DNA of 64,000 nucleotides from Dehalococcoidia bacterium (GTDB lineage: Bacteria; Chloroflexota; Dehalococcoidia; Lucifugimonadales; UBA3495): positions 38,945 through 102,944 of the forward strand of contig CBDBDS010000002.1 of assembly GCA_965203985.1 (NCBI GenBank), read 5' to 3'. The notes beneath the pieces are model-generated. The model made no database searches. It was not told the origin of the DNA and saw only the letters and a program-made list of their open reading frames with translations. The translations under genes were made by a program, and so were the position numbers. Positions 1 to 10,560 of the stretch are shown in pieces. How positions within the stretch are numbered: position 1 is the first letter of the stretch; each line of letters starts with the position of its first letter.

Positions 1-459
1 GCCGGAACGGGTGAAGGCGCCGAGGCCCTCTCCGCGGGCGCGCAGGTAGGAGACGCCCTGGGAAAACACCAGACCCAGCAAGACCGATAACATGCTCAGG
101 ATCATCTCCGGCGTGGATAGATCCGACAAAAGGTAATAAAGCCCCAACCCCACGAACAGGGCAGCCTCTCCCAACCGGTCGAAGACGGAATCGAGCAGGG
201 CACCGAAGGGGGAAGCCCGGCCGGTTAGCCGCGCCAGCCCGCCGTCGAACAGATCCAGAATGCTTCCGGCCAGGAACACGATCCCGCCGTACAGGGGCCA
301 ACCCAGAGCCACCAGCGCCGCCCCGGCCACGCACACCGCGAAACCGAAGATGGTGATCACGTTGGGAGTCAACCCCACCGCGTGCAGAGCACGCGCTCCG
401 GGCAACTCGACATAGCGCAGCATCGCCGCGCGCAGTTCCTCTCTACCGGGCATTGCCAC
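1..459 (-). CDS. CDP-alcohol phosphatidyltransferase (PgsA/phosphatidylinositol-phosphate synthase-like); runs off the window start
   Basis: Read manually on the minus strand: TPNVITIFG...DLFDGGLARLTGRASPFGALLDSVFDRLGE matches the CDP-OH transferase motif. GTG at 459 is preceded by GGAGG. Downstream of ino1 and a GT4. Confidence 0.85.
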   Translation of the reverse strand, partial: MAMPGREELRAAMLRYVELPGARALHAVGLTPNVITIFGFAVCVAGAALVALGWPLYGGIVFLAGSILDLFDGGLARLTGRASPFGALLDSVFDRLGEAALFVGLGLYYLLSDLSTPEMILSMLSVLLGLVFSQGVSYLRARGEGLGAFTRSG

Positions 460-1597
460 CGTGGTTGGCCTCCTCCATGCAATGTTGGTAATAATCTTCG
501 ACTTCCGCCGCCACGTGCTGCCAGCGGTGTTCGTGCGCCACCTGTTTGCCGCCTCCCGACAATCTTTTAGCCAGGTCGGGGTTGTCGATCAAACGGGCGA
601 TGGCATCGGCTATGGTCCAAGGTTCGCGTGGCGACACGAGCAGTCCATTCAATTGGCCGGTCACCACGTCGCGATAGCCGTCAATGTCCGACGCGACCAC
701 CGGAGCGCCGGCAGCCATCGCTTCCAACAACACTATCCCGAAGCTCTCCCCCCCGGTGGCCGGGCTGCAAAAGACATCGGCGCTGGCGTAATAGCGGGGC
801 AGGTCGTCATCAGGAACCGTCCCGGCCAGTCTCAACAGGTCCCGACCCGAATCGTTTATGGCGCTTATCAAAGACGAACACATCCGGTCCGGTTCCCCAG
901 GACCCACGATTATCAGACGAACGTCGCGCCTGCGTTCGAGCAAGAGCAGGCACGCTTCCAACAGGTAACGCAGGCCCTTTCGTTCGTCCTTGCGCCCGAC
1001 AAACAGGACGTTCTTCTTGCCGTCTCGCAACTCCGGGAAAGGCATGGCGCCGGCAAAACGTTGGTAGTCGATACCGTTGGGGATCACGCGGTACGCCCGC
1101 TGCGGGAAATGCGGCGCCACAAATGTCCGCGCCGCCTCGGAAACCGCAATCCGGCCGTGCAATCGACTGTGCCACGACCGCAGCGCAAAACGCGACCACC
1201 GGTACAACTGCTGCTTGTCCGAAAACGCGTGAAATGTCCCCACGTTCACCGCCCTCGAATGCTGAAGTATCATCAGGGGCAGAATGGGCGCCAAGGGCTC
1301 GTGTACGTGCACCAGATCGAATTGCTCTCGAGCCATTAGCTGTCTGATCCGGGGCCACAACCACCACGAAAGGGTAACCCGGGCTGTGGAACCACCCGCT
1401 GACAGCGGAACGGACCGGCCCATGGGAATAAAACCGTCGGAATGCCCGCACTGCCGTTCGTCACCGGCCGACGTTTGCGGTGCGATAACCGTCACTTCGT
1501 GCCCACGCTGCCGCAGTTCGGACGACAGCTGGGACACGTGGGCGTTGACGCCTCCGGGCCACGCGAAATCGTAAGGGGAGACCATAGCTATCTTCAT
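443..1597 (-). CDS. GT4 glycosyltransferase, PimA-like (phosphatidyl-myo-inositol mannosyltransferase family)
   Basis: MKIAMVSPYDFAWPGGVNAHV, HVHEPLAP, GESFGIVLLEAMA (EX7E). True start taken as ATG 1597, not the ORF-track start at 1966. Confidence 0.8.
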   Translation of the reverse strand: MKIAMVSPYDFAWPGGVNAHVSQLSSELRQRGHEVTVIAPQTSAGDERQCGHSDGFIPMGRSVPLSAGGSTARVTLSWWLWPRIRQLMAREQFDLVHVHEPLAPILPLMILQHSRAVNVGTFHAFSDKQQLYRWSRFALRSWHSRLHGRIAVSEAARTFVAPHFPQRAYRVIPNGIDYQRFAGAMPFPELRDGKKNVLFVGRKDERKGLRYLLEACLLLLERRRDVRLIIVGPGEPDRMCSSLISAINDSGRDLLRLAGTVPDDDLPRYYASADVFCSPATGGESFGIVLLEAMAAGAPVVASDIDGYRDVVTGQLNGLLVSPREPWTIADAIARLIDNPDLAKRLSGGGKQVAHEHRWQHVAAEVEDYYQHCMEEANHGGNAR

Positions 1598-1650
1598 AGC
1601 CGGCTCCCCTCGATGATCTCCGTCTCCGGAACCCAGGGCCCTGGCGCGGG

Positions 1651-2763
<1,113 letters not shown>

Positions 2764-2946
2764 TTGTGTACTCCTTGAGGCCCGCCCCAGCGCGCAAATC
2801 CCACTAAAACGGGACCGGAAATTAACGAGGCCAACCTGCGTCAAACTGCCAAACAGTCTAACACACGCGGAATCCAAGTGCCTTTTGGCAGTCGCTAATC
2901 GCCAGCCGTGGGCAATCGGTGAAGTGAATCGACCAAATTGTCCCGG

Positions 2947-3627
2947 CTAGTTCTCAGCGAAAAACCGGAAAATCGCCGTCTCGTCGTCGTGGCGGAACCT
3001 GCCGCCTCGGAACCGGATGTCCCGCCCCTGCTCGATATGCTGATCCACTAATTCCTTGACCCGACCCGAAGCGTCCTCGGCGTTGGCGGAACCACGCACA
3101 ATTTCCATCAGTTCGTCGCCAAGCAGGTTGTCGCTGACACCGTCAGTGCAGCACACCAGGCGATCCTCGGGGGACAGATCGATAGTGGTTTGAAACACCG
3201 ACAGGGTCGCTTCCGCGCCTATGGCCTTGGAGACGCCAAGGCGTATCAACCCGCCCATGCGGCCGCTGTACTGTTCGTATCCGTCCGGGCGGATCACGTA
3301 GATGGGGCTGTCTCCGGCAGAGATGATGTGGAGTTGGCCGCCCAGATACAGTGCTGCCGAGGCGGTGGTCAGCAGGAAACGCCCTCCACCGACCTGGTGG
3401 AACTCGGCGTTCTGCTCGTCCAGGACAGCAACGATATCCTCCGGGCCGGCGATGTCGATTGCGTTCAGGGCATCGGCAACGGAACCACTGGCCTCGTCGC
3501 CACCGTGACCGGTGACGCCGTCCAGCACCACGTCCAGGAAGTTCCCGCCGCCCAAATCCCGGGTCAGGTAGTTGTCCTCGCCGTGGGCGGCATTATCGTG
3601 AAGAATTGCCAACGAACTGGTGAGCAT
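2947..3627 (-). CDS. PP2C/PPM-family protein phosphatase
   Basis: Metal-binding motifs VLDGVTGHGG, AGDSPIY, CCTDGVSD, RHDDETA. Confidence 0.8.
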   Translation of the reverse strand: MLTSSLAILHDNAAHGEDNYLTRDLGGGNFLDVVLDGVTGHGGDEASGSVADALNAIDIAGPEDIVAVLDEQNAEFHQVGGGRFLLTTASAALYLGGQLHIISAGDSPIYVIRPDGYEQYSGRMGGLIRLGVSKAIGAEATLSVFQTTIDLSPEDRLVCCTDGVSDNLLGDELMEIVRGSANAEDASGRVKELVDQHIEQGRDIRFRGGRFRHDDETAIFRFFAEN

Positions 3628-3665
3628 AGTTCCTGCTTCCTCGCAAGAGATTGGTTAGCGGCGGA

Positions 3666-4685
3666 TCAGCCGGCCAGTTGGGCCAGCTCGGTATTCGCGT
3701 CGAATCGGTAACGGGTCCAATGATCCTCGGAGAGCCGGTGCAGCGCGGTGCGCCATGCTTCCAAAGCGGTCTGCGGCTCCGGCATCTGCTCGTTTCGGAT
3801 GGTAATCAGCCGCAGGCATTCGCGCAAGTCCGATGCAAAATCGGCTACGGATGCGTACCCGCGCTGTCGGACCTTGCCCAGGCACGCTGTCGCGGCGTCC
3901 CGCAGCGCATCGTCCGCTGACGCGAACGCGCTGATCAAGCTGTCGCATTCGTCCTCGATCGATATAACCGGGCGTTGGTTGTGCGGGTCGAAGTAGCCCG
4001 CTGCATCGGTGGGCGGCAGGTCCGGAGCCAGGTAGAACTTCACCATTTCGATGTAGAAGTCGTGGACATCCTGGGGGCCGCGGTTGCCTTGGGCTCGCTC
4101 TACGCCGTGTCCGACCAGTGCGGTTGCGTCCACCAGCGAGATCCGGCCGGTGCCCGGGGAATAGAACACGTTGTGCGGACCGAGATCCAACAGCGCGTAC
4201 CCGGCATCGGCGTAAATTTCCTGGGCCTCCAGCAGTTGCGACTGGACCGGCCAAGTGGCGACACCATCGGGCAGCGCAAGTGGATGCAGGGCGAAGAGGT
4301 TTTGTCCCAAGCCGATGGGGACCCGCAGGATACGGCTCCTGGGGTCTCCCACCAGGGGAATGCCCGCTGCGCGTTCCTCTACTCTCACCGAGTAGGGTTG
4401 ACCCAGGTCTTCGCCGAAATACGCGTCGTGAAGGGCTACATTGGTAACCCCGATCACGCGGGGCACGACGGCGGAAAATTGGCCAGCCCGCTCGTAAGCC
4501 TCAAGGGCTCGAGCGGTGCGCTCTTCGACGGGTCTGTGCATTTGACGACTGACCGTCTGCGGAGACGGCCGCTTCAGCACCACGGGTTCACCAGTCTCCC
4601 GATCCACCGCGGCGCGCACGTCGTAGTCGGCGCCGCTGCCCAGCGGCCCGACAAGTTCGAAGCGATCCAGCGTGACAGTTTCCAT
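3666..4685 (-). CDS. atypical protein-kinase-fold protein
   Basis: Gly loop LGSGADYDV, VVLK lysine, catalytic-loop-like LLDLGPHN, DFG-like VDAT. Confidence 0.6.
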   Translation of the reverse strand: METVTLDRFELVGPLGSGADYDVRAAVDRETGEPVVLKRPSPQTVSRQMHRPVEERTARALEAYERAGQFSAVVPRVIGVTNVALHDAYFGEDLGQPYSVRVEERAAGIPLVGDPRSRILRVPIGLGQNLFALHPLALPDGVATWPVQSQLLEAQEIYADAGYALLDLGPHNVFYSPGTGRISLVDATALVGHGVERAQGNRGPQDVHDFYIEMVKFYLAPDLPPTDAAGYFDPHNQRPVISIEDECDSLISAFASADDALRDAATACLGKVRQRGYASVADFASDLRECLRLITIRNEQMPEPQTALEAWRTALHRLSEDHWTRYRFDANTELAQLAG

Positions 4686-4701
4686 GATCGACGCCCGCGG
4701 A

Positions 4702-5562
4702 CTAGTGGTGTCCGCTCAGGATGGTGATCCAGTCTTCCTTCTGCCGAATTTCGCCGATGACCAACCCGGCCTCGTTGATCGCCGAAACCGCTTCGTCGTG
4801 CTGGTCCACAATAATCCCGGATGCGATGAACACGCCGTCATCGGCGAGAAGCTCGGGGATCGCCGGCGAGACCAGTCGGATGCCCCGGGCGCTGATGTTG
4901 GCCACGGCGATGTCGTATTTCTCGCCTCGAGTCGCGGCGCTGGGGATGCTGCCCGATTGGGCGTTGACGCGGTCGGCGATGCCGGTGCGACGGAAATTGC
5001 GTTGGGCGGCGCGTACCGCGTGCCCGTCGATGTCCACTGCGGTGATCCGTGTTGCGCCCAGCTTGGCCGCGGCGATGGTGAGTATTCCCGAGCCGGTTCC
5101 CACGTCAAGAACCGTGCTTCCGGGCCGAATCATCTCTTCCATGGCCTCCAGGCAAGAATAAGTTGTTGGATGATATCCCGTACCGAAAGCCAATCCCGGA
5201 TCCAGCTCCACCAGGACATCGCCGGGTTGTGCTTCATAGTCGATCCAAGAAGGCTTGATCACCAAATTCTGACCGACACGCAGCAGCGTAAAGTGCTGCT
5301 TCCAATTATCGCGCCAGTCCTCATTATCATCCAGGGGTCGGATCTGCAACTCGCCCAGGTCCGCGACGCTGGACGCCAGCTTGATACCCACCTCGATGTG
5401 GGCCAACCGCTGCCGGGAAAGACTGGGCAGATAGGAACGGAGCACCGCGTGCTCGCCGGGTCTGGTTTCAACACTCAACCCGTACCCGTACCGCTCAAAG
5501 AGGTAGGACACGGGCTCGACGTATTCGAAGGGAACGTTGATGCTCAGTTCGTGCCAGGACAT
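4702..5562 (-). CDS. prmA: ribosomal protein L11 methyltransferase
   Basis: DPGLAFGTGYHPTT, VLDVGTGSGIL; directly downstream of dnaJ. Confidence 0.92.
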   Translation of the reverse strand: MSWHELSINVPFEYVEPVSYLFERYGYGLSVETRPGEHAVLRSYLPSLSRQRLAHIEVGIKLASSVADLGELQIRPLDDNEDWRDNWKQHFTLLRVGQNLVIKPSWIDYEAQPGDVLVELDPGLAFGTGYHPTTYSCLEAMEEMIRPGSTVLDVGTGSGILTIAAAKLGATRITAVDIDGHAVRAAQRNFRRTGIADRVNAQSGSIPSAATRGEKYDIAVANISARGIRLVSPAIPELLADDGVFIASGIIVDQHDEAVSAINEAGLVIGEIRQKEDWITILSGHH

Positions 5563-5617
5563 CGCAGCGTCAGGGTAAGTGGAGGGAGCGCGACATCGGG
5601 CCGCCGAGCGAGCCCAA

Positions 5618-6874
5618 CTATTCGCCGCCCGAGGTCAGGGTGTCCTTGATGCGGTCAAACAGCCCGCGCTGCTTGTCGTCTTGTGGTGGCTCTTGGGTCT
5701 CGGCGCTGGCGTCAATTGCCGCCTCTTCCGGTTCCGTGGCTTCGTTTTCGACGGGTTTCCGGTTGCTGGCGCGTTTCTTTCGTGGGGGCGCGGGCGGCCT
5801 CTTGCCGTTGTTGGCCAGCGAATATGCCAGGTCTTCCACCAGTTTGCGCTGGTACTTGTTCAGCTTGGAAGGAATGTCCACGTCCACCAGGATACGGATG
5901 TCCCCCCGTCGGTCCGTGGGCCGGCCGTCGCGCCGGATGCGTGGTACGCCCCGCGAGCGCACGCGAAACTCGCTCCCGGCCTGGGTACCCGCCGGTATGT
6001 CGAGGTCGATGTCGTCGCCTTCGAGGGTAGGGATGGGTTTGGTCACGCCCAGGGCCGCTTCGGCCATATTGAGCGATGTCCGGTACACAAGGTCGGAATC
6101 GTCTCGCATGAACAACGGGTGCTCCCGAACGCGCAACTGAACGTAAAGGTTCCCGGGCGGCCCGCCGTTGGAACCAGCGTCACCCTCCCCGGTGATGCGG
6201 ACCTGCATACCGTCGTCGACGCCGGCGGGGATGGTAACGGTGCGGGTCCGGCGACGCCGTTCGAACCCGCGGGCGCGGCAATTGGAGCAGGGAGTTTCTA
6301 TGGACCGGCCATTACCATTGCAACTGGAACACGGGGTGGTGACGGCAAACTGGCCGAATACGCTGCGTTGAGCGCGACGCACCTGGCCGCTGCCATTGCA
6401 CGTCCGGCAGGTATTTATCGCCGTACCAGGCTCATTTCCCGCTCCGGAACAGTGGTGGCAAGGCTCCACCCGATTGATCTCGATGTCCTTGTCGCAACCG
6501 AACACAGCCTCTTCGAAAGTCAGGTTGACCCGTTGGCTGATGTCCTCCCCGCTGCGCGGCTGGTTGGCGGTACGGCCGCCGCCCCCGAAAAAGGTATCGA
6601 AGATGTCGCCGAAGCCACCGAACGGATCGAAACCGTCGAATGGGCGATCGCCGCCGTTTACGCCGGCGTGCCCGAAACGGTCATAACGGGTGCGCTTCTC
6701 CTGGTCGCTGAGGACCTGGTAGGCCTCGTTGATTTCCTTGAACTTGTCCTCAGCGCCGGGGGTTTTGTTCCGGTCGGGATGGAATTCCATCGCCTTCCTG
6801 CGGAAGGCGCGACGGATCTCCTCTTCGTTGGCGCCCCGGTCGACGCCGAGGGTCTCGTAATAGTCCACTGGCAT
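5618..6874 (-). CDS. dnaJ: chaperone DnaJ
   Basis: J-domain with HPD, G/F-rich region, four CxxCxGxG-type zinc motifs. Confidence 0.95.
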   Translation of the reverse strand: MPVDYYETLGVDRGANEEEIRRAFRRKAMEFHPDRNKTPGAEDKFKEINEAYQVLSDQEKRTRYDRFGHAGVNGGDRPFDGFDPFGGFGDIFDTFFGGGGRTANQPRSGEDISQRVNLTFEEAVFGCDKDIEINRVEPCHHCSGAGNEPGTAINTCRTCNGSGQVRRAQRSVFGQFAVTTPCSSCNGNGRSIETPCSNCRARGFERRRRTRTVTIPAGVDDGMQVRITGEGDAGSNGGPPGNLYVQLRVREHPLFMRDDSDLVYRTSLNMAEAALGVTKPIPTLEGDDIDLDIPAGTQAGSEFRVRSRGVPRIRRDGRPTDRRGDIRILVDVDIPSKLNKYQRKLVEDLAYSLANNGKRPPAPPRKKRASNRKPVENEATEPEEAAIDASAETQEPPQDDKQRGLFDRIKDTLTSGGE

Positions 6875-6946
6875 AATATTCTGGCGATTTCACAGACTGC
6901 TTTGATTATAGCGGACGCCGCGCACAATGCTCAACTGCCAGCGATT

Positions 6947-7321
6947 TCATGACAACGACCGACCGACCAGCACGCCGGCGTAGGCGGCCGCCAGGCCGAC
7001 TGCCAGGTTGGCGGCAATGGAAATGCCGGCGCGACCAAGCTCGCCGCCGGATATGAGCCTGACCCCGTCGTAGGCCAGTGTGGAAAAGGTAGTGAAACCG
7101 CCAAGCAACCCGACAGCGAGCATGGCGCGCAGTTCCAGCGGCCATTCTGCTCGCGCGATGAAAATCGTAGCCAGCACGCCCAGGGCGAATGACCCGACAA
7201 CGTTGACCGCAAATGTCCCCACTACCGTGTCCGCCCCGAAATATTGGGCCGCCAGCCGACCGGCGCCGAAGCGCAACACGGATCCGGCGGCGCCACCCGC
7301 CGCCACCAACAGCCAGATCAC
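6947..7321 (-). CDS. crcB: fluoride channel Fluc/CrcB
   Basis: GGAAGSVLR, GTFAVNVVGSF, GLLGGFTTFST; four hydrophobic helices. Confidence 0.92.
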   Translation of the reverse strand: MIWLLVAAGGAAGSVLRFGAGRLAAQYFGADTVVGTFAVNVVGSFALGVLATIFIARAEWPLELRAMLAVGLLGGFTTFSTLAYDGVRLISGGELGRAGISIAANLAVGLAAAYAGVLVGRSLS

Positions 7322-7322
7322 G

Positions 7323-8498
7323 TTACGCCCAGGCGCCCCGCCGTTCCAGGGTCCGCTCGTCCAGCTCGATACCCCAGCCGGGGCGATCCGACAACGTTAT
7401 CTTGCCGGCGACGATCTCAGGCCGGACGGTGAAGAGCTCGTCCCAAATCGGATCGCGGTCCGCCGAAGGGAAGGTCTCGCAGATTTCGCCGACGGACAGG
7501 CCGGCCACCAAGTGACCGTGAACCTGCGGGTCGTGATGAGGAGCCAGGCGCACGTTCTCAGCCGCGCACAGCCCTGCGATGCGCAGGCACTCGGTGACGC
7601 CGCCGTTGCGGGTACTGTCGTACTGCATGACGCGCACGCCTCCCCGTCGGATGAGGTCGCGGGCGTCCCACCTGGTCACCGCATTTTCACCCGACGCGAT
7701 GGGGATGGTAGTCGAGGCGGCCACCTTGCCCAAGCCCTCGACCCGGTCGTACCAGTGAACCGGTTCCTCCAGCCAGCGGATGTTGAGCGGCTCCAGCATC
7801 CGCGCGCCTCGAATGGCGGTGTCGACGTCCCATCCTTCGTTGACGTCGACCATTATGTCAATGTCCTCGCCCACTGAGTTGCGAACGGCGCTGACCCGCT
7901 CGTAGTCCTCGGCCAGGCTAACGTGGCCGATCTTCAGCTTGATGGCCTCGTAACCCATTTCGATGTAGGACTCACACTCCCGTACCAGATCGTGAACCGT
8001 TTTTCCGTCCTGGTAGTACCCACCGGTGACATAGCACGGCGCGGTGTTGGAGTGGCCGCCCAGCAATTTGTACAACGGCAGGTCGGCGGCTTTGCCCTTG
8101 ATGTCCCAAAGGGCGATGTCAACTGCCGCCAACGCAGTGAGAATCTGGGGTCGTCCGAACCCGGCTGCTGCCCAACCGATTTGATGACACAAACCGAACA
8201 TCTCGTCCCAAAGCTGTTCGTGGTCAACAGGGTCCCGGCCCAGGAGCATCGGCTTGAGCAGATCGACCACCGCGCGAGAAGCGCCGTCGGCGTGGATGGC
8301 TCCGTCGCTGTCCTGGCGATAGATACCAGCGAACCCCTGTCCAGCGCCGTGCGCCTCGCCAATGCCGTAATAGCCGGCATCAGTGTGGACGCGCACCAGC
8401 AGTTCGCTCACGCGCCCGATAGGTCGGAGCGCCGTCCAGTATTCGCGGTCGGGCGCGGGCCAGACCAACGCGATGGCCTCAACGTCGGTGATTTTCAT
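7323..8498 (-). CDS. mandelate racemase/muconate lactonizing enzyme (enolase superfamily)
   Basis: AVDIALWDIKGK, KLKIG, MVDVN, WLEEP, SGEN, PGWGIE. Confidence 0.88.
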   Translation of the reverse strand: MKITDVEAIALVWPAPDREYWTALRPIGRVSELLVRVHTDAGYYGIGEAHGAGQGFAGIYRQDSDGAIHADGASRAVVDLLKPMLLGRDPVDHEQLWDEMFGLCHQIGWAAAGFGRPQILTALAAVDIALWDIKGKAADLPLYKLLGGHSNTAPCYVTGGYYQDGKTVHDLVRECESYIEMGYEAIKLKIGHVSLAEDYERVSAVRNSVGEDIDIMVDVNEGWDVDTAIRGARMLEPLNIRWLEEPVHWYDRVEGLGKVAASTTIPIASGENAVTRWDARDLIRRGGVRVMQYDSTRNGGVTECLRIAGLCAAENVRLAPHHDPQVHGHLVAGLSVGEICETFPSADRDPIWDELFTVRPEIVAGKITLSDRPGWGIELDERTLERRGAWA

Positions 8499-8543
8499 TA
8501 CGGTGTTCCTCGTCCGGTGGTGTTGGACTGCGAACGGTGTGGG

Positions 8544-9341
8544 TCAGCGACGCAACCCCGTTTCCCGAAGCCGTCGGTCAATCCATTCTCGGTCGCCGGG
8601 AGATAACGGGCCTTCAGGATCGTTATTGTAATTGCTGTATCGTTCGTAATGACCACGCAGGTAGAGGTCGTTGAAGATTTCACCTAGAACGATGGTGGGC
8701 TCATCTTCCTTGTTTAGCAGCGGAACTGGAAATGCAGGAATAGCCGACTGAATACCGAATGGATACAGCGTAGCCTGAGGACGCATACGGCTGCGGCTAA
8801 CCATTATGCGATAAGGAGCAACTCCATCGTAACCGTGGGACGGCATCGGAACGTTGGCGCGCAACAAGTCGATTTCAACCAGATGGGTGGCGCTTTCCAG
8901 AATTCGTCGCCTTTTCTCCAGGTAGTCCCGACGCCCCTGTCCGCCCCGCTTGTTGCTGTGGGAAAGCACTTCCACAATCGCTACGGACGGCAAACGGCCC
9001 GGCGTTCTGATTTCAATGAACCGCTCACGCACCGGACGCAGTTCCGGCAAAAGTATGGGAACGGCTCCGGCATCCGGGGTCGTGACAGACGCTACAGTTT
9101 GGGCCCCATCCCCGGCAATGTTGATGTCGGGGATAGCGTAACGCTGGCTCACAGCATCGTCGATTGTCTCCTCTACGATTACCCGCTCCTCCATCGTGAC
9201 CGTGTATTGCGGCGGCAGAGCCTCCCGCAAGAAGTAATGCATCTCGCTGATTATCTTGGTATGCACTTCCGGCCAGAGGTGGCGCGCTTCCAGATAGGGG
9301 TTCATTCCCGGAAAGGGCAGGATCTCGTCGGATTCAGCCAT
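8544..9341 (-). CDS. DUF4058-like protein (PD-(D/E)XK-like)
   Basis: N-terminal PFPGMNPYLE, PD...EVLSHSNK, HLVEIDLLR; start overlaps the end of the upstream oxidase. Confidence 0.75.
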   Translation of the reverse strand: MAESDEILPFPGMNPYLEARHLWPEVHTKIISEMHYFLREALPPQYTVTMEERVIVEETIDDAVSQRYAIPDINIAGDGAQTVASVTTPDAGAVPILLPELRPVRERFIEIRTPGRLPSVAIVEVLSHSNKRGGQGRRDYLEKRRRILESATHLVEIDLLRANVPMPSHGYDGVAPYRIMVSRSRMRPQATLYPFGIQSAIPAFPVPLLNKEDEPTIVLGEIFNDLYLRGHYERYSNYNNDPEGPLSPGDREWIDRRLRETGLRR

Positions 9342-10497
9342 GATTTCCACCCTTTGGCGCCGTGGCATTGTCGAATCTGCCCAGCCGGAAAAGCCCAATG
9401 TCGTGTTCGGTCTGGCCATGCTCCGCCAGATCGGCCATAATTTCGCCTACCACGCTGGTGAATTTAAACCCGTGCCCGGAGAACCCGGCGGCCACGGAGA
9501 CCTGAGGATGATCGGGCAGCGTGTCGATGATGAAGTGCTCGTCAGGGGTGTTGGTGAACATGCAGGTCTTCAACGCCAGGGTCGGGCCGGCTGCTTCCGG
9601 GAAGTAACGCTCGGTGAACTGCCGCAGTGCCGCCTCGTCTCGGGCGTTGGGCTCCCGGTCCATGGTGTCCGGGTCCACCTGTTCGCGGAAGTGGTTGAAC
9701 ATGCCCAGCTTGAAGCCTGGTATGCCGTAGGACGGGAATCCGTAGAAACGACCCTCCTCGACCTCCATGCCGAAGCACGGGAAATTCTCCGGGCGGAAAA
9801 GCTCCGGGCGATAGGGCGCGAACCATCCCAGCACCTGCCGCTCGGGAATAGCGTGAGCAGCGACCTCGGGAGCGACCTTGCCGGCCCAGGCCCCGGCGGT
9901 GACCACCAGACGACGGGCTGAATAGGTGTCCTTGTCCGTGGCGACGACCACTCCGCCGCCCGCGGTGGGTTCCCAGCTGAGCGCGGCCTCGCGGCCGTGT
10001 ACCGCGGCGCCGATCTCCAGTGCCGCAGAGACGTGACCGACAATGCACCGCTCGGAAAGCACGAAGCCGCCCTGCTGCTCGTAGAGCATTTCCGCTTCCT
10101 CAGGGAGTTGGTAACCGGGCCACTCCCGGTTCACCTCGGGACCACTGAGCATCCGGTAGGGGAGGTGGTGCTGCTTGACCGTTTCCAGGGACCCCTCAAG
10201 CAGTTGGCTGGCCCCGACGCCTCCCCGCACGCAGCCGGTGGTAATCAGCAGCTTTTCGCCGGTCACGTTCTCCATTTGATGCCAAAGCTCGTAGGCCCGG
10301 TAGAGCAACGGCACGTAAGACGGATCCTCGTGATAGGCCAGGCGGATCATCCGGCTGACACCATGGGAGGAGCCCATCTCGTTGGGGATGTCATACTGTT
10401 CGAGACCCAGCACCTTCCAGCCGCGCCGGGCCAGGTGATAAACGGCGGCACTCCCCATGCCGCCGACACCGATCACTATTGCGTCAAACTCGCGCAT
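9334..10497 (-). CDS. solA: monomeric sarcosine oxidase / N-methyl-L-tryptophan oxidase family
   Basis: GVGGMG Rossmann motif, GSSHGVSRMIR, flavinylation Cys in TCMFTNTPD, GFSGHGFKF. Confidence 0.85.
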   Translation of the reverse strand: MREFDAIVIGVGGMGSAAVYHLARRGWKVLGLEQYDIPNEMGSSHGVSRMIRLAYHEDPSYVPLLYRAYELWHQMENVTGEKLLITTGCVRGGVGASQLLEGSLETVKQHHLPYRMLSGPEVNREWPGYQLPEEAEMLYEQQGGFVLSERCIVGHVSAALEIGAAVHGREAALSWEPTAGGGVVVATDKDTYSARRLVVTAGAWAGKVAPEVAAHAIPERQVLGWFAPYRPELFRPENFPCFGMEVEEGRFYGFPSYGIPGFKLGMFNHFREQVDPDTMDREPNARDEAALRQFTERYFPEAAGPTLALKTCMFTNTPDEHFIIDTLPDHPQVSVAAGFSGHGFKFTSVVGEIMADLAEHGQTEHDIGLFRLGRFDNATAPKGGNHG

Positions 10498-10518
10498 TGC
10501 TTTTCCTGCCTGTTTTCC

Positions 10519-10543
10519 GGATTCCCGCTTTCGCAGGAATGAC
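10519..10543. repeat. short palindromic REP/dRS3-like element
   Basis: GGATTCCCGCTTTCGCAGGAATGAC forms an ATTCC-N10-GGAAT hairpin in the intergenic gap. Confidence 0.55.
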
Positions 10544-10560
10544 TCGGTGGGTTGCGGAAC

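Noticed and set aside
7321-7330. Fluoride riboswitch before crcB
   Set aside because: crcB starts 1 nt after the upstream gene's stop, so there is no leader region.
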